From Eledone cirrhosa (taxonomy: Eukaryota): a stretch of 64,000 nucleotides of DNA. Under the pieces are notes generated by a model, which saw only the letters and a program-made list of their open reading frames with translations, searched no databases and was not told the DNA's origin. Location of the stretch: the NCBI GenBank assembly GCA_964016885.1, contig OZ024742.1:264926001-264990000 (forward strand), read 5' to 3'. Shown in pieces: positions 23,681 through 36,514 of this stretch; position 1 is the first letter of the stretch, and every line of letters begins with the position of its first letter. The position numbers and the translations under genes were made by a program.

Positions 23681-25162
23681 CATCATCATCATCATTTTAC
23701 GTCCGCTTTTCCCTGCTTACGAGGGTGGGACGGGTCTTATTCAGCACAGCATCTCTCCACTCATCACGGTCCTTCGTCATCTCCACCGTGAGCTTCAATG
23801 ATCTGAGGTCTGTTCTCACCACCTCCGCCCATGTTTTTCGTGGTCTACCTCTACCACGTCTTCCTTCAACTGGCATTTCCTGGCACTTCTTCACCCATCG
23901 GTCATCCTCCATGCGCATCACATGTCCATACCACCTCAGTCTCCTCTCCCGTACACTATATTCTATCCCTCTCAGACACATTTTCTCTCTCATCACATTT
24001 ATGCTGGGTCGTTCACGCACATTTACACTGCACATCCAATGGAGCATGCTTGCCTCATTTCTCTCCAGCCATCTCATATCCTCTGCAGTTGCTGACCATG
24101 TCTCACGACCATGCATCATCGCACTCCTCACACAGGCATCATACAACTGGCCTTTCGTACGCAGGGAGAAACCCTTCTTCGTCAACAGAGGAAGCAGCTC
24201 CCTAAACTTCTTCCAATCCATCCTTATTCTAGATACTATGGCCTCGGAACACCCTCTTCCCATGCTAATCTGATCTCCTAGGTACCAGAAGCTATCCACC
24301 ACTTCTATAGCGCCCTGCTGCATCTGGAAAATGTGTCTATCAATGCGACTTCTGTCTAATTTCCCTGTACATCTACTGCATACATATTTCTCTCTACCTG
24401 TTAGTTTGCCTGCTATCCCGCTACATCTCTTGTGTACCCTGGATCTGCATTGTGTGCATTTTATAGAATTTATGCCAGTTCCTTTTCTGCATATCGAACA
24501 TGGCCATTTCCCTGACGGAATCAGGGTTTTGTCCTCTTTTCTACTTATCAACACTTTTGTCTTAGCTAGGTTCACTCTCAGTCCTCTTGCTTCCAACTGC
24601 TGTTTCCATAGCCAGAATTTATTCTCTAGCTCCTCTACTGATTCTGCTATAAGAACCAGATCGTCAGCATAGAGAAGTTCCCATGGACAGCCAGTCTTAA
24701 ACTCCTCTGTTATGGCTTGGAGGACTATAATGAACAAGAGCGTGCTGAGGACCGAACCCTGATGTACTCCTACTTGTATCTGGAATTCCTCACTAAACTC
24801 CATTCCTACCCTGACTTTACTGAGAGTACCTCTGTACAAAGTTTGCACTGTCCTCACAAGCCATTCCTCAGCACCTACCTTCCTTAGGGACCACCAGATG
24901 ACAGATTGGGGTACCCTATCAAAGGCCTTCTCTAGGTCAACAAAGGCTAAGTATAGTGGCTTATTTTTCTCTAAGAACCTCTCTTGCAATTGTCTCACCA
25001 AGAAGAGGGCATCTGTTGTACTCTTCCCAGGCACAAAACCAAACTGCATCTCATCTAGTTAGACCCTTTCTCTAATTAGTTGCACTAATATCCTTTCTGC
25101 CACTTTCATAACCTGATCCATCAGTTTTATGCCCCTATAATTGCTCCTCTCCAGAGCATCCA

Positions 25163-25164
<2 letters not shown>
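23681..25164 (-). mobile_element. 5'-truncated RTE LINE with an intact 450-aa RT ORF (23697-25049)
   Basis: QFGFVPGKSTTDA, FVDLEKAFDRV, GVHQGSVLS, LLYADD, PHD-like Cys cluster, RLRWYGHV, RGRGRPRKTW; (GAT)n tail. Confidence 0.93.
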
Positions 25165-25215
<51 letters not shown>

Positions 25216-25230
25216 CATACATATATATTG

Positions 25231-25299
<69 letters not shown>

Positions 25300-25403
25300 T
25301 TTATGTACACATATGTATGTAAAAGGTAAACAGAAATAACAAAGCAAATGACACAGTAATTAAAGAAATATATTAGTTTCATGCTTGAAATAGCAGGTAA
25401 AAA

Positions 25404-25440
25404 ATCTTAATGTTTCGGACATATTCCTTCATCAGAAAAA
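25404..25440 (-). ncRNA. Decayed minimal hammerhead-like motif
   Basis: uuuu CUGAUGA a GGA auaug UCC GAAAC auu aaga; canonical core but broken stem III. Confidence 0.35.
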
Positions 25441-25552
25441 GTTAGAAATAGAAGATAAATAAAAAGAATAGAGTGAGAAAAGGAAGGAACGGGGAAAAAT
25501 GAGGAAAACAAAAAGGGAGAAAAAGACACATGTGCATATTTAGTTTGCCATT

Positions 25553-25592
<40 letters not shown>

Positions 25593-25595
25593 AAT

Positions 25596-26705
25596 GAGGA
25601 ATTCCAGATACAAGTAGGAGTACATCAGCGTTCGGTCCTCAGCCCGCTCTTGTTCATTATAGTCCTCCAAGCCATAACAGAGGAGTTTAAGACTGGCTGC
25701 CCATGGGAAATTCTCTATGCTGACAATCTAGTTCTTATAGCAGAATTAGTAGAGGAGCTAGAGAATAAATTCTGGCTATGGACACAGCAGTTGGAATTAA
25801 GAAGACTGAGTGTAAACCTAGCTAAGACAAAAGTGTTGATAAGTAGAAAAGAGGACAAAACACTGATTCCGTCAGGGAAATGGCCATGTTCGATATGTAG
25901 AAAAGGAACTGGCATAAATTCTATAGAATGTACACAATGCAGATCATGGGTTCACAAGAGATGTAGTGGGATAGCAGGCAAACTAAAAAGTAGGGAAAAA
26001 TGCATATGCAGTAGATGTACAGGGAACTTTGACAGTAGAAGTCGCAGTGATAGACACATTTTTCAAATGCAGGCAGGTGCTATAGAAGTGGTGGATAGCT
26101 TCCGGTACCTAGGAGATCAGATTAGTATGGAAAGGGGTGTTCCGAGGCCATAGTATCTAGAATAAGCATGGGTTGGAAGAAGTTTAGGGAGCTGCTTCCT
26201 CTGTTGACAAAGAAAGGTTTCTTGCTGCGTACGAAAGGCCGGTTGTATGATGCCTGTGTGAGATGCACGATGCTGCATGGTAGTGAGACATGGGCAGCAA
26301 CTGCAGAGGATATGCAAGGGCTGGAGAGAAATGAAACAAGCATGCTCCATTGGATGTGTAATGTCAAGGTACGTGAATGACCAACCATGGATGAGTTGAG
26401 AGAGAAACTGCATATAAGAGGTATAAGTTGTAGTGTGCGTGAGAGAAGACTGCGATGGTACGGACATGTGATGCGCATGGAGGATGATCACTGGGTAAAG
26501 AAGTGCCAAGAAATGCCAGTAGAAGGAAGATGCAGTAAAGAAAGACCATGAAAAACATGGGTGGAGGTGGTGAGCGCAGACCTCAAATTGCTGAAGCTCA
26601 CAGAGGAGATGACGAAGGACCGTGACAAGTGGAGAGATACTGTGCTGAATAGGACCCGTCCAACCCTTGCAAGCAGGGAAAAGCAGACGTAATATGATGA
26701 TGATA
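25596..26705 (+). mobile_element. RTE LINE 3' fragment, inverted relative to 23681-24791
   Basis: Same family as the neighbouring copy (ORFs 25650-26153 and 26168-26380), with stops. Confidence 0.92.
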
Positions 26706-26781
26706 TATATATATAATATATATATACAAATATATATATATAATATATATATACAAATATATATATATAATATATATATAT

Positions 26782-26834
<53 letters not shown>

Positions 26835-27019
26835 AGTATATATATTCTGAGATTCTATAACAGAGAAGCAAAGTAACTGATGTATTTCAGTCTTAGATTG
26901 AACCTCATACATATTCCTGATAGCTAAGTGATCTGAGACAATGTAGATGATACTGACAATTGAAACTACATACTACTTCTTAACTACTAAAGAAATTATC
27001 ATTATTATTATAATATTGA

Positions 27020-28945
27020 CTAGCAGAATGGCCAAGCGTTGATCGGGATTCTAAACATAGATAGGCATGTTTATCCCTCCTTTCTGAAGCAGTTTCGTCG
27101 TATGTTCACCAATTGATGCAGAAGTCCTAATAAAAAGTAAAGTCGCCTTGGGTGAATAGGCAATAACTTTCCATTAAGATTTTTCAAAAGCATGTAATTG
27201 CGTTCCCTCTCTTTTTTGTTGTTGTTTTTGCTGCTGTTGGTGTGATAGTGGCCGTTGGTTGTACTACTAACACAGCCTCGTCCTTCTTCAGCCAATCGTG
27301 TATATCCCCTTCTGCTTCATCAGCAATGAGAACAATATTTGCTCTAGGGTTCTTATATATTTGATATATATTCATCCTTATCGAGCCCAGTGAAATAAAT
27401 ACGTTTGTTTATATCTTGTTATTGTGTATGCAAAAATATCTGTACACGAATATATAATTATATATCCCTGCGAAGATGCCTCTCCAGGAAACCCGGGAAA
27501 TCGACTGACGCGTGCTCCCTCAGAAACTGCCCGATGTGCCGTACGAACTGTTGCCTACGCACATACGTCGTGTATAAGGGAGAATGTAACAAGTGCAACC
27601 ACTACTATATAGGTAGCACAATCCGGATGTGTAGCAGCCGGATCAAGGAGCACATCAACACCAGGGCCTCGTCTTTCCAGAAATACATAACCAAATGCGG
27701 AAACAAAGACGGAAGGCCGATTGTCACAGTGCTAGCGACGGAACGAAACGTCGGCACATTACAAATCAAGGAAGCACTTTGGATCAAACGCCTAGGGCCA
27801 CAAATAAATAACCGATCCGAGAGAAGCGAAATGAGGTGGTTGGTTTAAATAAACAAATGAAGCAACAACACACGCACACACACACGCAAGCGAGACAGCA
27901 ACACACGCACACACACACAGTAGCATTCCACCATACAAATATACTACACTGTTAATACAGACAAATGAGGCAACACACGCACACAAGCGAGACAACAACA
28001 CACGCACACACACACACAGTAGCATTCACCAAACAGGCAGGGAATAGTACCACCACCACACACTATTCAACATTGCTAATACAGAAACCAGCACGGGCAG
28101 ATAATACAATGGATTGACAGCTAACGCCACCCCACTCCCACAATTAAAAGAACAATTTTGGCCGCCGACCTCTGCTTCACCGACCCCATTTCACGCGCGT
28201 GCGCATTCTGCTAAATACCTCAGATATTCAAAACAACGAACAGCGGAGGACACGTATCACTCCATTCCGACAGATAACCCCCCACCCCGGAAAACCCCCA
28301 GTTGATGGATGTGAATCCGAAATATAAGGACAATTAAATCTCTCCTAAGGTAACTCTATCTCGTGTTATTATTTTTATTTTTTACGCTCTTTCCTACGTT
28401 CTTCTACACACTATACATCTCATTCTACATTCACTTACATCTCTCTCCCTACCACCAGATCTTGTTACCCGGAGAATTACCCATCTGTATTGTTGAGGCT
28501 TCCAAAACGACCTAAAGAAAATATATCTAATTATATATATATATATATTAAAAGAACATTAAAGTTTAAGCAAAGAATCGCTGCTTTCAGCCTTAACGGG
28601 ATCTTCTGAAACTAAAAAATCAATCTGGGAACGCAGAAGTAAATATTTCGAAAAATGTTACACACTATATATATATATATACACACACACTATATATACA
28701 TATATACACACACACACACAGATAGTGTCATAATGTCGTAATGCAGACAGCCAGACATACAGACAGATATTACAGCTATCTAATGCGGTCCCTAGGACTT
28801 CGAAAATTTGAAATATTCTTTGCTCAAAACACTCACACGACCATAAGTATTATATGTGTAAAGTTTGAAAAAAATCGGTTGGGTGGTTCTCGAGTTTTAG
28901 GGAGTCAGACAAACAGACAGAGATTCTCTGTTTTAGATATATAGA
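27020..28945 (-). mobile_element. Non-autonomous Helitron (copy 1) with a nested PLE fragment
   Basis: Minus strand reads TCtatatatctaaaacagagaat at the 5' end and cccgatcaacgcttggccattctgCTAG|T at the 3' end. Confidence 0.8.
27466..28527 (+). mobile_element. Penelope-like 3' fragment (GIY-YIG) inserted in the Helitron
   Basis: CPMC..VVYKGECNKCNHYYIGSTIR..RIKEH..LQIKEALWI..PQINNRSE; flanked by taattatatat; absent from Helitron copy 2. Confidence 0.85.
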
Positions 28946-29226
28946 CTAGCAGAATGGCCCAGCATTGCTCGGGATTTGCTCTAGGGTTCTTATATATTTG
29001 ATATATATTTATCTTTATCGAGCCTCGTAAAATAAATACGTTTGTTTCTATTTTGTTTTTGTGTATGCAAAAATATCTGTGCACGAATATATAATTATAT
29101 ATATATATATTAAAATAACAGATTAAAGTTTCAGCAAGGAATCGCTGCTTTCACCCTTAACGGGATCTTCTGAAACTAAAGAAATCAATCTGTGAACGCA
29201 GAAGTAAATATTTTGAAAAATGTTAC

Positions 29227-29278
<52 letters not shown>

Positions 29279-29597
29279 ATATACATATGTACACTCACAC
29301 ACAGATAGTGTCATAATGTCGTAATGCAGACAGATATTACAAGGGCGTGACATCATAGCTATGTATCTATCTAAAAAGACAGACTAAGAATTATAGAGAG
29401 ATCGCTAAACGGCGCCTAATGCGGTCCCTAGGGCATTGAAAATTTGAAATATTTTTGCTCAAAATACTCACACAACCAGACCAGAAGTATTACATGTGTA
29501 AAGTTTGAAAACAATTAGTTGAGTGGTTCTCGACTTTTAGGGAGTCAGAGAGACAGACAGATAGACAGACAGACATTCTCTGTTTTAGATATATAGA
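28946..29597 (-). mobile_element. Non-autonomous Helitron (copy 2), head-to-tail with copy 1
   Basis: Same 5' TC end; hairpin cccgagcaatgctggg then CTAG, directly abutting the TC of copy 1. Confidence 0.82.
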
Positions 29598-30635
29598 TTA
29601 AGCAACTGATAGTACACCTGCACTTTATGTAATTTGTGTACACACATCCAGTTCTCACTGTAAATAAGGTTGGTGTTAGGCATCTACCTGTAGAAATCAA
29701 GCCAAAATCAGTTCTGTATGAGCAAGACATGGTCACCTGATCTAACATTGCCCATAACAGGACAACTCATCTAACCCATGCTAGCATTGAAAAATGAACA
29801 TAAAACGGTGATGATGATGATGATGATTATGATACAAACACACACACACACACACATTCCAACTTTACCTTTTTTAAAAAAAAGCCATGTGGAGATTTTA
29901 TGTAGTTTACTTGACTTGCAAGAAATAACACCCAAATCTCTTTCAAATCAGAACCTATTGTTTTTTTTTGTTAAAAACAGGGGAAGACATTGGGTAATGT
30001 GAAAAAAAGGAAATATCTTAGCTGGAATGCTATTGACCATAGGGCTGCTCAATCAGAGTTTCATCCAAAGCACACCCTTTAATATATGTGGTAGATACAA
30101 TATTAATTTTGCTGTTAACATTCTTATCCTATATCAAATAAAAGAAACCATCAAAATGTTTTATTCCTAGTACCATTGCAGAGTGTTCAAAGCTAGCATT
30201 TGCAGCCAGTAAGAATTGTTACAAAACTGCCATTATGTCTGTAGATGTGGAATTAATGTCAGGAATTGGTTTTGACTATGTTCCAATTTGTCGGACAGCT
30301 AACTTCATTACCAGTTTCTATATACAAGTCAGACCACATCATGTAGCAATATTCATGAAAAAAGAGAAAAACTACACACTAAGTTATATGTATGTGTGTA
30401 TGCATTTGTGTATATGTATAAATATATGTAAATATGTATATATATGTATGTATGTCTATATGTATAAATGCATGTATGTATGTATATATGTAAATATGTA
30501 TGTATGACTATAAAAATATAAAATACAAATATACCAATTTCTCAGTAGCTGTATCTATCTCATCATCAAATGGTAACCTAAACTTTTTTTCAATCACTTT
30601 CTCTCTTCGCTTCTGGAATGGTCTCTGTCATGTTT

Positions 30636-30701
30636 CTCTCTCTCTCTCTCTAGCTCTCTCTCTAGCTCTCTCTCTAGCTCTCTCTCTAGCTCTCTCTCTA
30701 G

Positions 30702-30720
<19 letters not shown>
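30636..30720. repeat. (CT)n / (CTCTCTCTCTAG)n compound microsatellite
   Basis: Directly visible. Confidence 0.9.
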
Positions 30721-30732
<12 letters not shown>

Positions 30733-31879
30733 CCTCATTCTCCCTCATTTACTTGATCTCTCTCTCTCTCTCTGTCTATGTTATTTTATGTTTCTCATTT
30801 CCTCTCTTTCTCTGTCTTTAACTTCACCTCCTTCTCTAACTTTCACTCTCCCTTTCTCTCTCCCTTTCTCTCTCTGTTTTTCTCTCCTCACTCTCTCCCT
30901 CTCTCCCCATCCTTTTAATCCACTCCCAGTTAATAATACAAGAGTTTGTCAATCAGCATGCTGGTTGTGTGTGATTGTGAAGGGAAGATGTCTGGTTGGT
31001 TAGTATTTTATTCACTTACTGCAAGTGGGTTAGAAGTAATATTGGGTTATGGACCAGGAATGTAGTATGTGTTTTCTGTGTATATGTGTGTATGTTGCTA
31101 TGGCTTCTGTTGTTGATGTTGTTATAAATGTCTGCTTTACTACAACAACCCTATCATACAAAAGTACCTGGACAAATAATGGAGAACAACAATCAGTGCC
31201 TATATTTGGTCCTCTTTGACTGAAATGATTATGCTATTACGATATTTCATATGAAATACATTGTATTTGAATTAATTAATATAGAATCTGGAGGAATGTA
31301 GTCAAATTATTGATTATTTCATTATTTAGATGATATTTAAAGTGCAATTAAACAAAAGATTCTTGTGTCAAATTATGTTGGAGGATTTTAATATAAATGG
31401 ATAGGTTTTGGTTCAATTGGTATTAATTAAAAATGATGATGTTAATTGGTCCCAATGTAAGCATACCCAAATAGCTGTTGAAGCAGACTTATTGCCAGCA
31501 TAAGATTTAGGCATAAGCTAAACAAGCTACAGCTTAGGGCCTCACATCCTCTGTGGCTTCAAAAAAGTGTATATATTTTCAATTTTCATGAGAATTTCTA
31601 GTGTAATATTTTAAAAAGGGATCACCCAGCTTTCTATATCTTAAAGTAACACCAAATCTACATCTAGCACAAGAGGTAGCTGATCAATTGAAGCATTTTT
31701 TAAATATTTCCAATTATAAACATTTCGCCTTTCTTGATAAACATGTGTTTAAATTTCAGCAATAATACTGTCCCACATTTTAATGACTGCAAGAAGTATA
31801 ATGAAGGAAATTTAAACTGCTATATTTAAGAGGCTTAGGTTGCCATTATAAAAACCTACAATAAATGTGTGAGTTATTT

Positions 31880-33130
31880 CATCATCGTCATCATCATCGT
31901 TTAAAATCCATTTTCCCATGTTAGCATGGGTTAGATGAGTTTTCCCTTTGTGAGATAGGCCAGGTCAGATGACCATGTCAGAACAGATTTTGGATTAGTT
32001 TCTACTGCTGGGTGCTCTTCCTAATGTCAACCACATTTACAGTGAGTACTGGGAGCTTTGTATTGTGACACCTACACAACCACTTTACAGTGTAGGTTGG
32101 ATGCTTTTTTGTTGTGACACCTACACAATAACTTTTCAGTGTGGACTGGATGCTTTTGTTGCAATACCAATGCAATAACTTTACAGTGTATGAGTGTTGT
32201 GATCAGATATGGGTAAGTGTTGGGGCATGGGAGAATTATGAGAGTTGTGAGGATAGTGGTTAAGAGGTGCCTACTAGCTGTATGTTTCAGTTCATACACA
32301 TAATTCCAACGATATCCATCCTGTGTCATTGTCTTTGAGAAGTGCAATTGTGCAAGGTCAGCTTTTATCACCTCATTCCAGGTCTTCCTGGATCTTCCTA
32401 CTCCATAGCTTCCATCAACTTTGATTGCTCTGCACCTTTTTATACAGCTTTCATCCTTCATATACATCATATGGCCATACCAATACAATCTATTCTCTTG
32501 CATATTGCATTGGATCCCTCTTATGTCCAATTTCTCTCTCAGTTCATTTACGCTATGCTCTTCATGTATATTACTATTACACAGTTCCCATGTCTCACTA
32601 CCATACAACATTGCAGTTCGTATAGATGTATCATACAATCTGCCCTTCATTTTAAGGGAAAAACCTTTTGTAGCTATCAGCGGTAGTAGCTCCCTGTACT
32701 TTCTCCATCCTGTTCTTACTCTGGCTACTGTACTTTTGGAACAGCAATGCTGCATAGTAATGAGACCTGGGTGCTGTGTGCAGAAGACTTGCATAGATTG
32801 GAAAGAAATGAAGCTTGCATGCTCTGATGGATGTATAATAGTAGTATAGGTGAATGGCAAAGCATAACTGAACTGAAAGAGAAACTAGGCATAAGAGGAA
32901 TCAGATGCAGTGTGCAGGAGAGGAGATTGCATTGGTATGGACATGTGATACGTAAGAAAGATGACAGCTTTATAAAAAGGTGCAGAGTGTTTAAAGTTGA
33001 TGGAAGCCTTTGGAGTGATGAGACCTAGGAAGACTTGGGAGGAACTGATAAAAGCTGACCTTGCCCAATTGCACCACTCAAAGATGATGACACATGACCG
33101 AGATCTCTGGCATTATGCAGGGATCTAATG
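31880..33130. mobile_element. Two divergent RTE fragments fused at ~32740
   Basis: Minus arm STVARVRTGWRKYRELLP..RKTWNEVIKADL plus 3' UTR; plus arm AMLHSNETW..RRLHWYGHV covers the same segment. Confidence 0.8.
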
Positions 33131-33246
33131 ATTGCAAAGCAAACATCTTCATCTTCACCATTTGGCCATGCTGCATCTATTACATTGCCTGAGACCTGAC
33201 ACATACACAAGAATTATATAAAATTACAAACATGACTCTCTGTCTT

Positions 33247-33989
33247 ATTATAATTGTTTCTACTTTTGGCACAAGGCCAGCAATTACCCAGTGCATAAAT
33301 AAAAAATACGCGGTAGCCACGGAGTAGGCAGACCCAGAAAAACCTGGGACGATTTGATAAAATCCGACCTCACACACTTACACCTCTCCAAGACAATGTC
33401 ACTGGACCGAGATCTTTGGCGCTACACAGTAATACAGAAGACCCACCTTGCCTAAGTGCAAAGCGAAACCTACAGTCAGTAGGTACCTCTTACCAAAATA
33501 CACCCCCGTCCCACTACCCCCACCCCATCCACACCACCCCTTTCGATGTAAAATTATGTTGGTACCACAACATCCAGCTCGAAATAAATGAGGTCGTGTA
33601 GGTGTCACGACAAAAAAAAACACAGTCCACGCTGTAATGTGGCCGTGTAGGTAACACGGTAAAAACCTCCCAGTTCACACTGTAAACGTGGTTGGTGTTA
33701 AGAAGGGCATCCAGCTGTAGAAAACCCACCAGACAGTCCTATACGAGCAAGACAACCAATCTTGCCTCAAGTGGGAAAATTACCGTCCATACCCATGCTA
33801 GCGTGGAAGATGGACGTTAAACGATGATGATGATGATGTTGATGATTACTGGTACTTTATTTCATCGACCCCGAGAGGATGAAAGGCAAAGTTAACCTCG
33901 GCGGGATTTGAACTCAGAATGGCAAGGACCATAACTCTATGCGTCAAAGCATGGCGTCCGACCCTCTACCGATACTGCCAATCCACCCA
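33247..33989. mobile_element. Minus-strand SINE split by a + strand RTE 3' end (~33300-33845)
   Basis: SINE tail half ends ..cccagtgcat and resumes ttactggtactttat.. after the (GAT)n tail. Confidence 0.8.
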
Positions 33990-34453
33990 GTCTACAGTGC
34001 TAGATTGAGACATCGATATCAAATCCAGATGCTTAGAATCACAGAACATCAAAAAGTTCTAACTTGTAAAACAATGATGAAATATATATAGTATGGAAAT
34101 GAAAAGTATTGTAGACTTAATCTGTTGCCCAATTAAACACCACCACCTAGCTTTTGATGCATTTAGCAATTTTCTTTCAGTTGATCACCTTTTACTCAGG
34201 TCATGGGTCTGAGAATAAATTCTCTAGGCGTGGGAGTTGGGCTGAAAAGGATCACAGATTTAGCCCTTCCTTCTTTGACTAAGCAATTAAATAAAATATG
34301 CTACCCTAGGTTAAAGTTTATATTATAAAGAATCACAGTGGAAGCCATGATAAATAATATATGCATTGCATATAACACTAATTTGGAGCCTATTTTAGAA
34401 GCTTAATACCAATCTTAACCCAATATGACTGTCATTACTGAAAATTAGTTTAA

Positions 34454-34680
34454 CCTTTTCATGACCATATTTCTAATGAAATACATTATATTTCAATTAA
34501 TTAATTAAACATTTTGAGGTATTTACTGAAATTATAAATTTTTTTTTTTACAATAGTATTTTAACATGGTTCTTATATAAAATTAGGTTGGAAGATTTTA
34601 ATTTAAATAGAAATCCTTTAAAATGAGAGGTTTTGTTTCATAAACCAGAATTAGTTTTGGCCGAGTTGATATCAAAAGAG
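34454..34680. mobile_element. piggyBac-like MITE
   Basis: TTAA|ccttttcatgacc ... gatatcaaaagag|TTAA; related copy at 44004-44353. Confidence 0.6.
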
Positions 34681-35907
34681 TTAAATATAATTGAAATGTA
34701 TATCTAGCAGTCCAACAGTACCATGGGCTATTGTGTCAATAGGTTGGATCCTTGTGTGAAATGAATGTTCATCAGTAACATGTTCAGTCTGGCATTTGAT
34801 AATGAACAGAGAACAAATGCTGTCTAGGATGTTTGTGCACATATCAGCAGCACTATCCTATATATAACTGATCAAAGCTGAAAGATTTTCTGGGCTTACC
34901 CAATTCATTACCAGATTTCTAATAAAAGACACTGCCTATGATTTTCAATTAATGTTTAAAATAATAAGAAATGTGTAATGGTTTAGTAGTATAACTAACC
35001 TTCTCATTATTAAGAGTTCTTACATAAAATTATAATTGGTGGTTTGAATTTAAACAGGAACACTATAAAACAAGTGGTTTTTCATCCTAGAATAATGGGC
35101 AGTTAGTATCAAAGGTGTTAAGGAGGAGAGCTAGTCTTTAGGGGGCAGTTTTACAAATAATCAAACACTAGATAAAAATATGTGATGTTTGAAAAGTTGT
35201 ATTTTCCCCTTTTGCTAAATAAATAAATAATTTATGTGTATGTGAGTGTGTGTTTGCCTACTTGTCTGTCTGACTCTTCTAAAAAAGTACTAAGATAGAA
35301 CTGTTCAATTAGGTTTGATATAACTTGATCATTTCAGTACTTAACAGACACTATAATGCTGTAATTACTGGTCGTGGTAGTTGTAACTATATCAGCTAAC
35401 TTGATAATATGGAGAAATTCCAAAGTCGGAAATATATCAAGGAAACAATGTAACCTGAAGCAGATATTGACAAATTGTCATGTAGCACTTAATCAGATGA
35501 GATATGATCAGCAGCACAACCATGTGCAATTAGATAGTTATGACCACACATACAGGGAGCAACAATTAATGACATCACTAATGATATGAAATGACAAGAA
35601 GACAAATTTGATAAAATGTTCATGCAGATTATTAATTCCAATGACATTACTGTGGAGTAGCAAAAAGAACATTCTAGATGATGTAATAAGAATAGGACAA
35701 TGATGATGATGGTTGAATTTGTCGTGAAGAAGAGGAAGAAGAAAGAGAAAAGATTTCTGTGCTTAAGTTTATATGAAGCAAATTTTGAGGCACAAATTGT
35801 CAAATGAACACACATCTAAGTGTATATACTGTCATACAAACATATCTACAAATATCTATGAGAAAGAGAAGAGAAAACAAATTGCTGACACACACACATA
35901 TATATAT

Positions 35908-36500
35908 ATCATCATCATCACCATTTAACGTCCGTTTTCCATGCTAGCATGGTTTAGATGAGTTGGCCTGTTGTGAGATAGGCTAGGTCAGGTGACCATA
36001 TCTTGCTCATACAGAACTGATTTTGGCTTGGTTTCTACAGTTGGATGCCTTTCTTAACACCAACTACATTTACAGTGGGTACTGGGTGCTTTGTGTCATG
36101 ACACCTACATGACCACTTTACAGTCTGGACTAGGTGCTTTTTGTTAGGATGCCTACATGACCACTTTACAGTGTGGACTGAGTGCTTTTTGTCGTGACAC
36201 CTACATGACCACTTTACAATGACTACTGGGTGCTTTTTGTCATGACACCTATATGACCTCATTACAGTGTGGACTGGGTGCTTTTTGTTGTGACACCTAC
36301 ACAACCAATATACACTGTGTGTTGGGCACTTTTTGCTTTAGCCTGTACTCATGGGAGATGTATGGAGGTGAATATTATACATATGCTTCTGTCTGTGCTC
36401 ATGGGAAGGCAGATCTTCTGTATTACTGCATAACACCAGAGATCTTGGTCCCATGTCATCGCCTTTGAGAGGTGTGATTGGGCAAGGTCAGCATCCACAT
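35908..36500 (-). mobile_element. RTE 3' end with 5-6 tandem ~48-bp units (36065-36310)
   Basis: Unit ccactttacagtgtggactgggtgctttttgtcatgacacctacatga; (GAT)n tail. Confidence 0.75.
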
Positions 36501-36514
36501 ACTCCCTCCACAAC

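Noticed and set aside
23725-24672. Antisense ORFs over the RTE and Tx1 elements
   Set aside because: Shadow frames of transposon coding sequence with no independent motifs.
36065-36310. CRISPR-like array of ~48-bp repeats
   Set aside because: Units are contiguous with no unique spacers, there are no cas genes, and they lie in an RTE 3' UTR in eukaryotic DNA.
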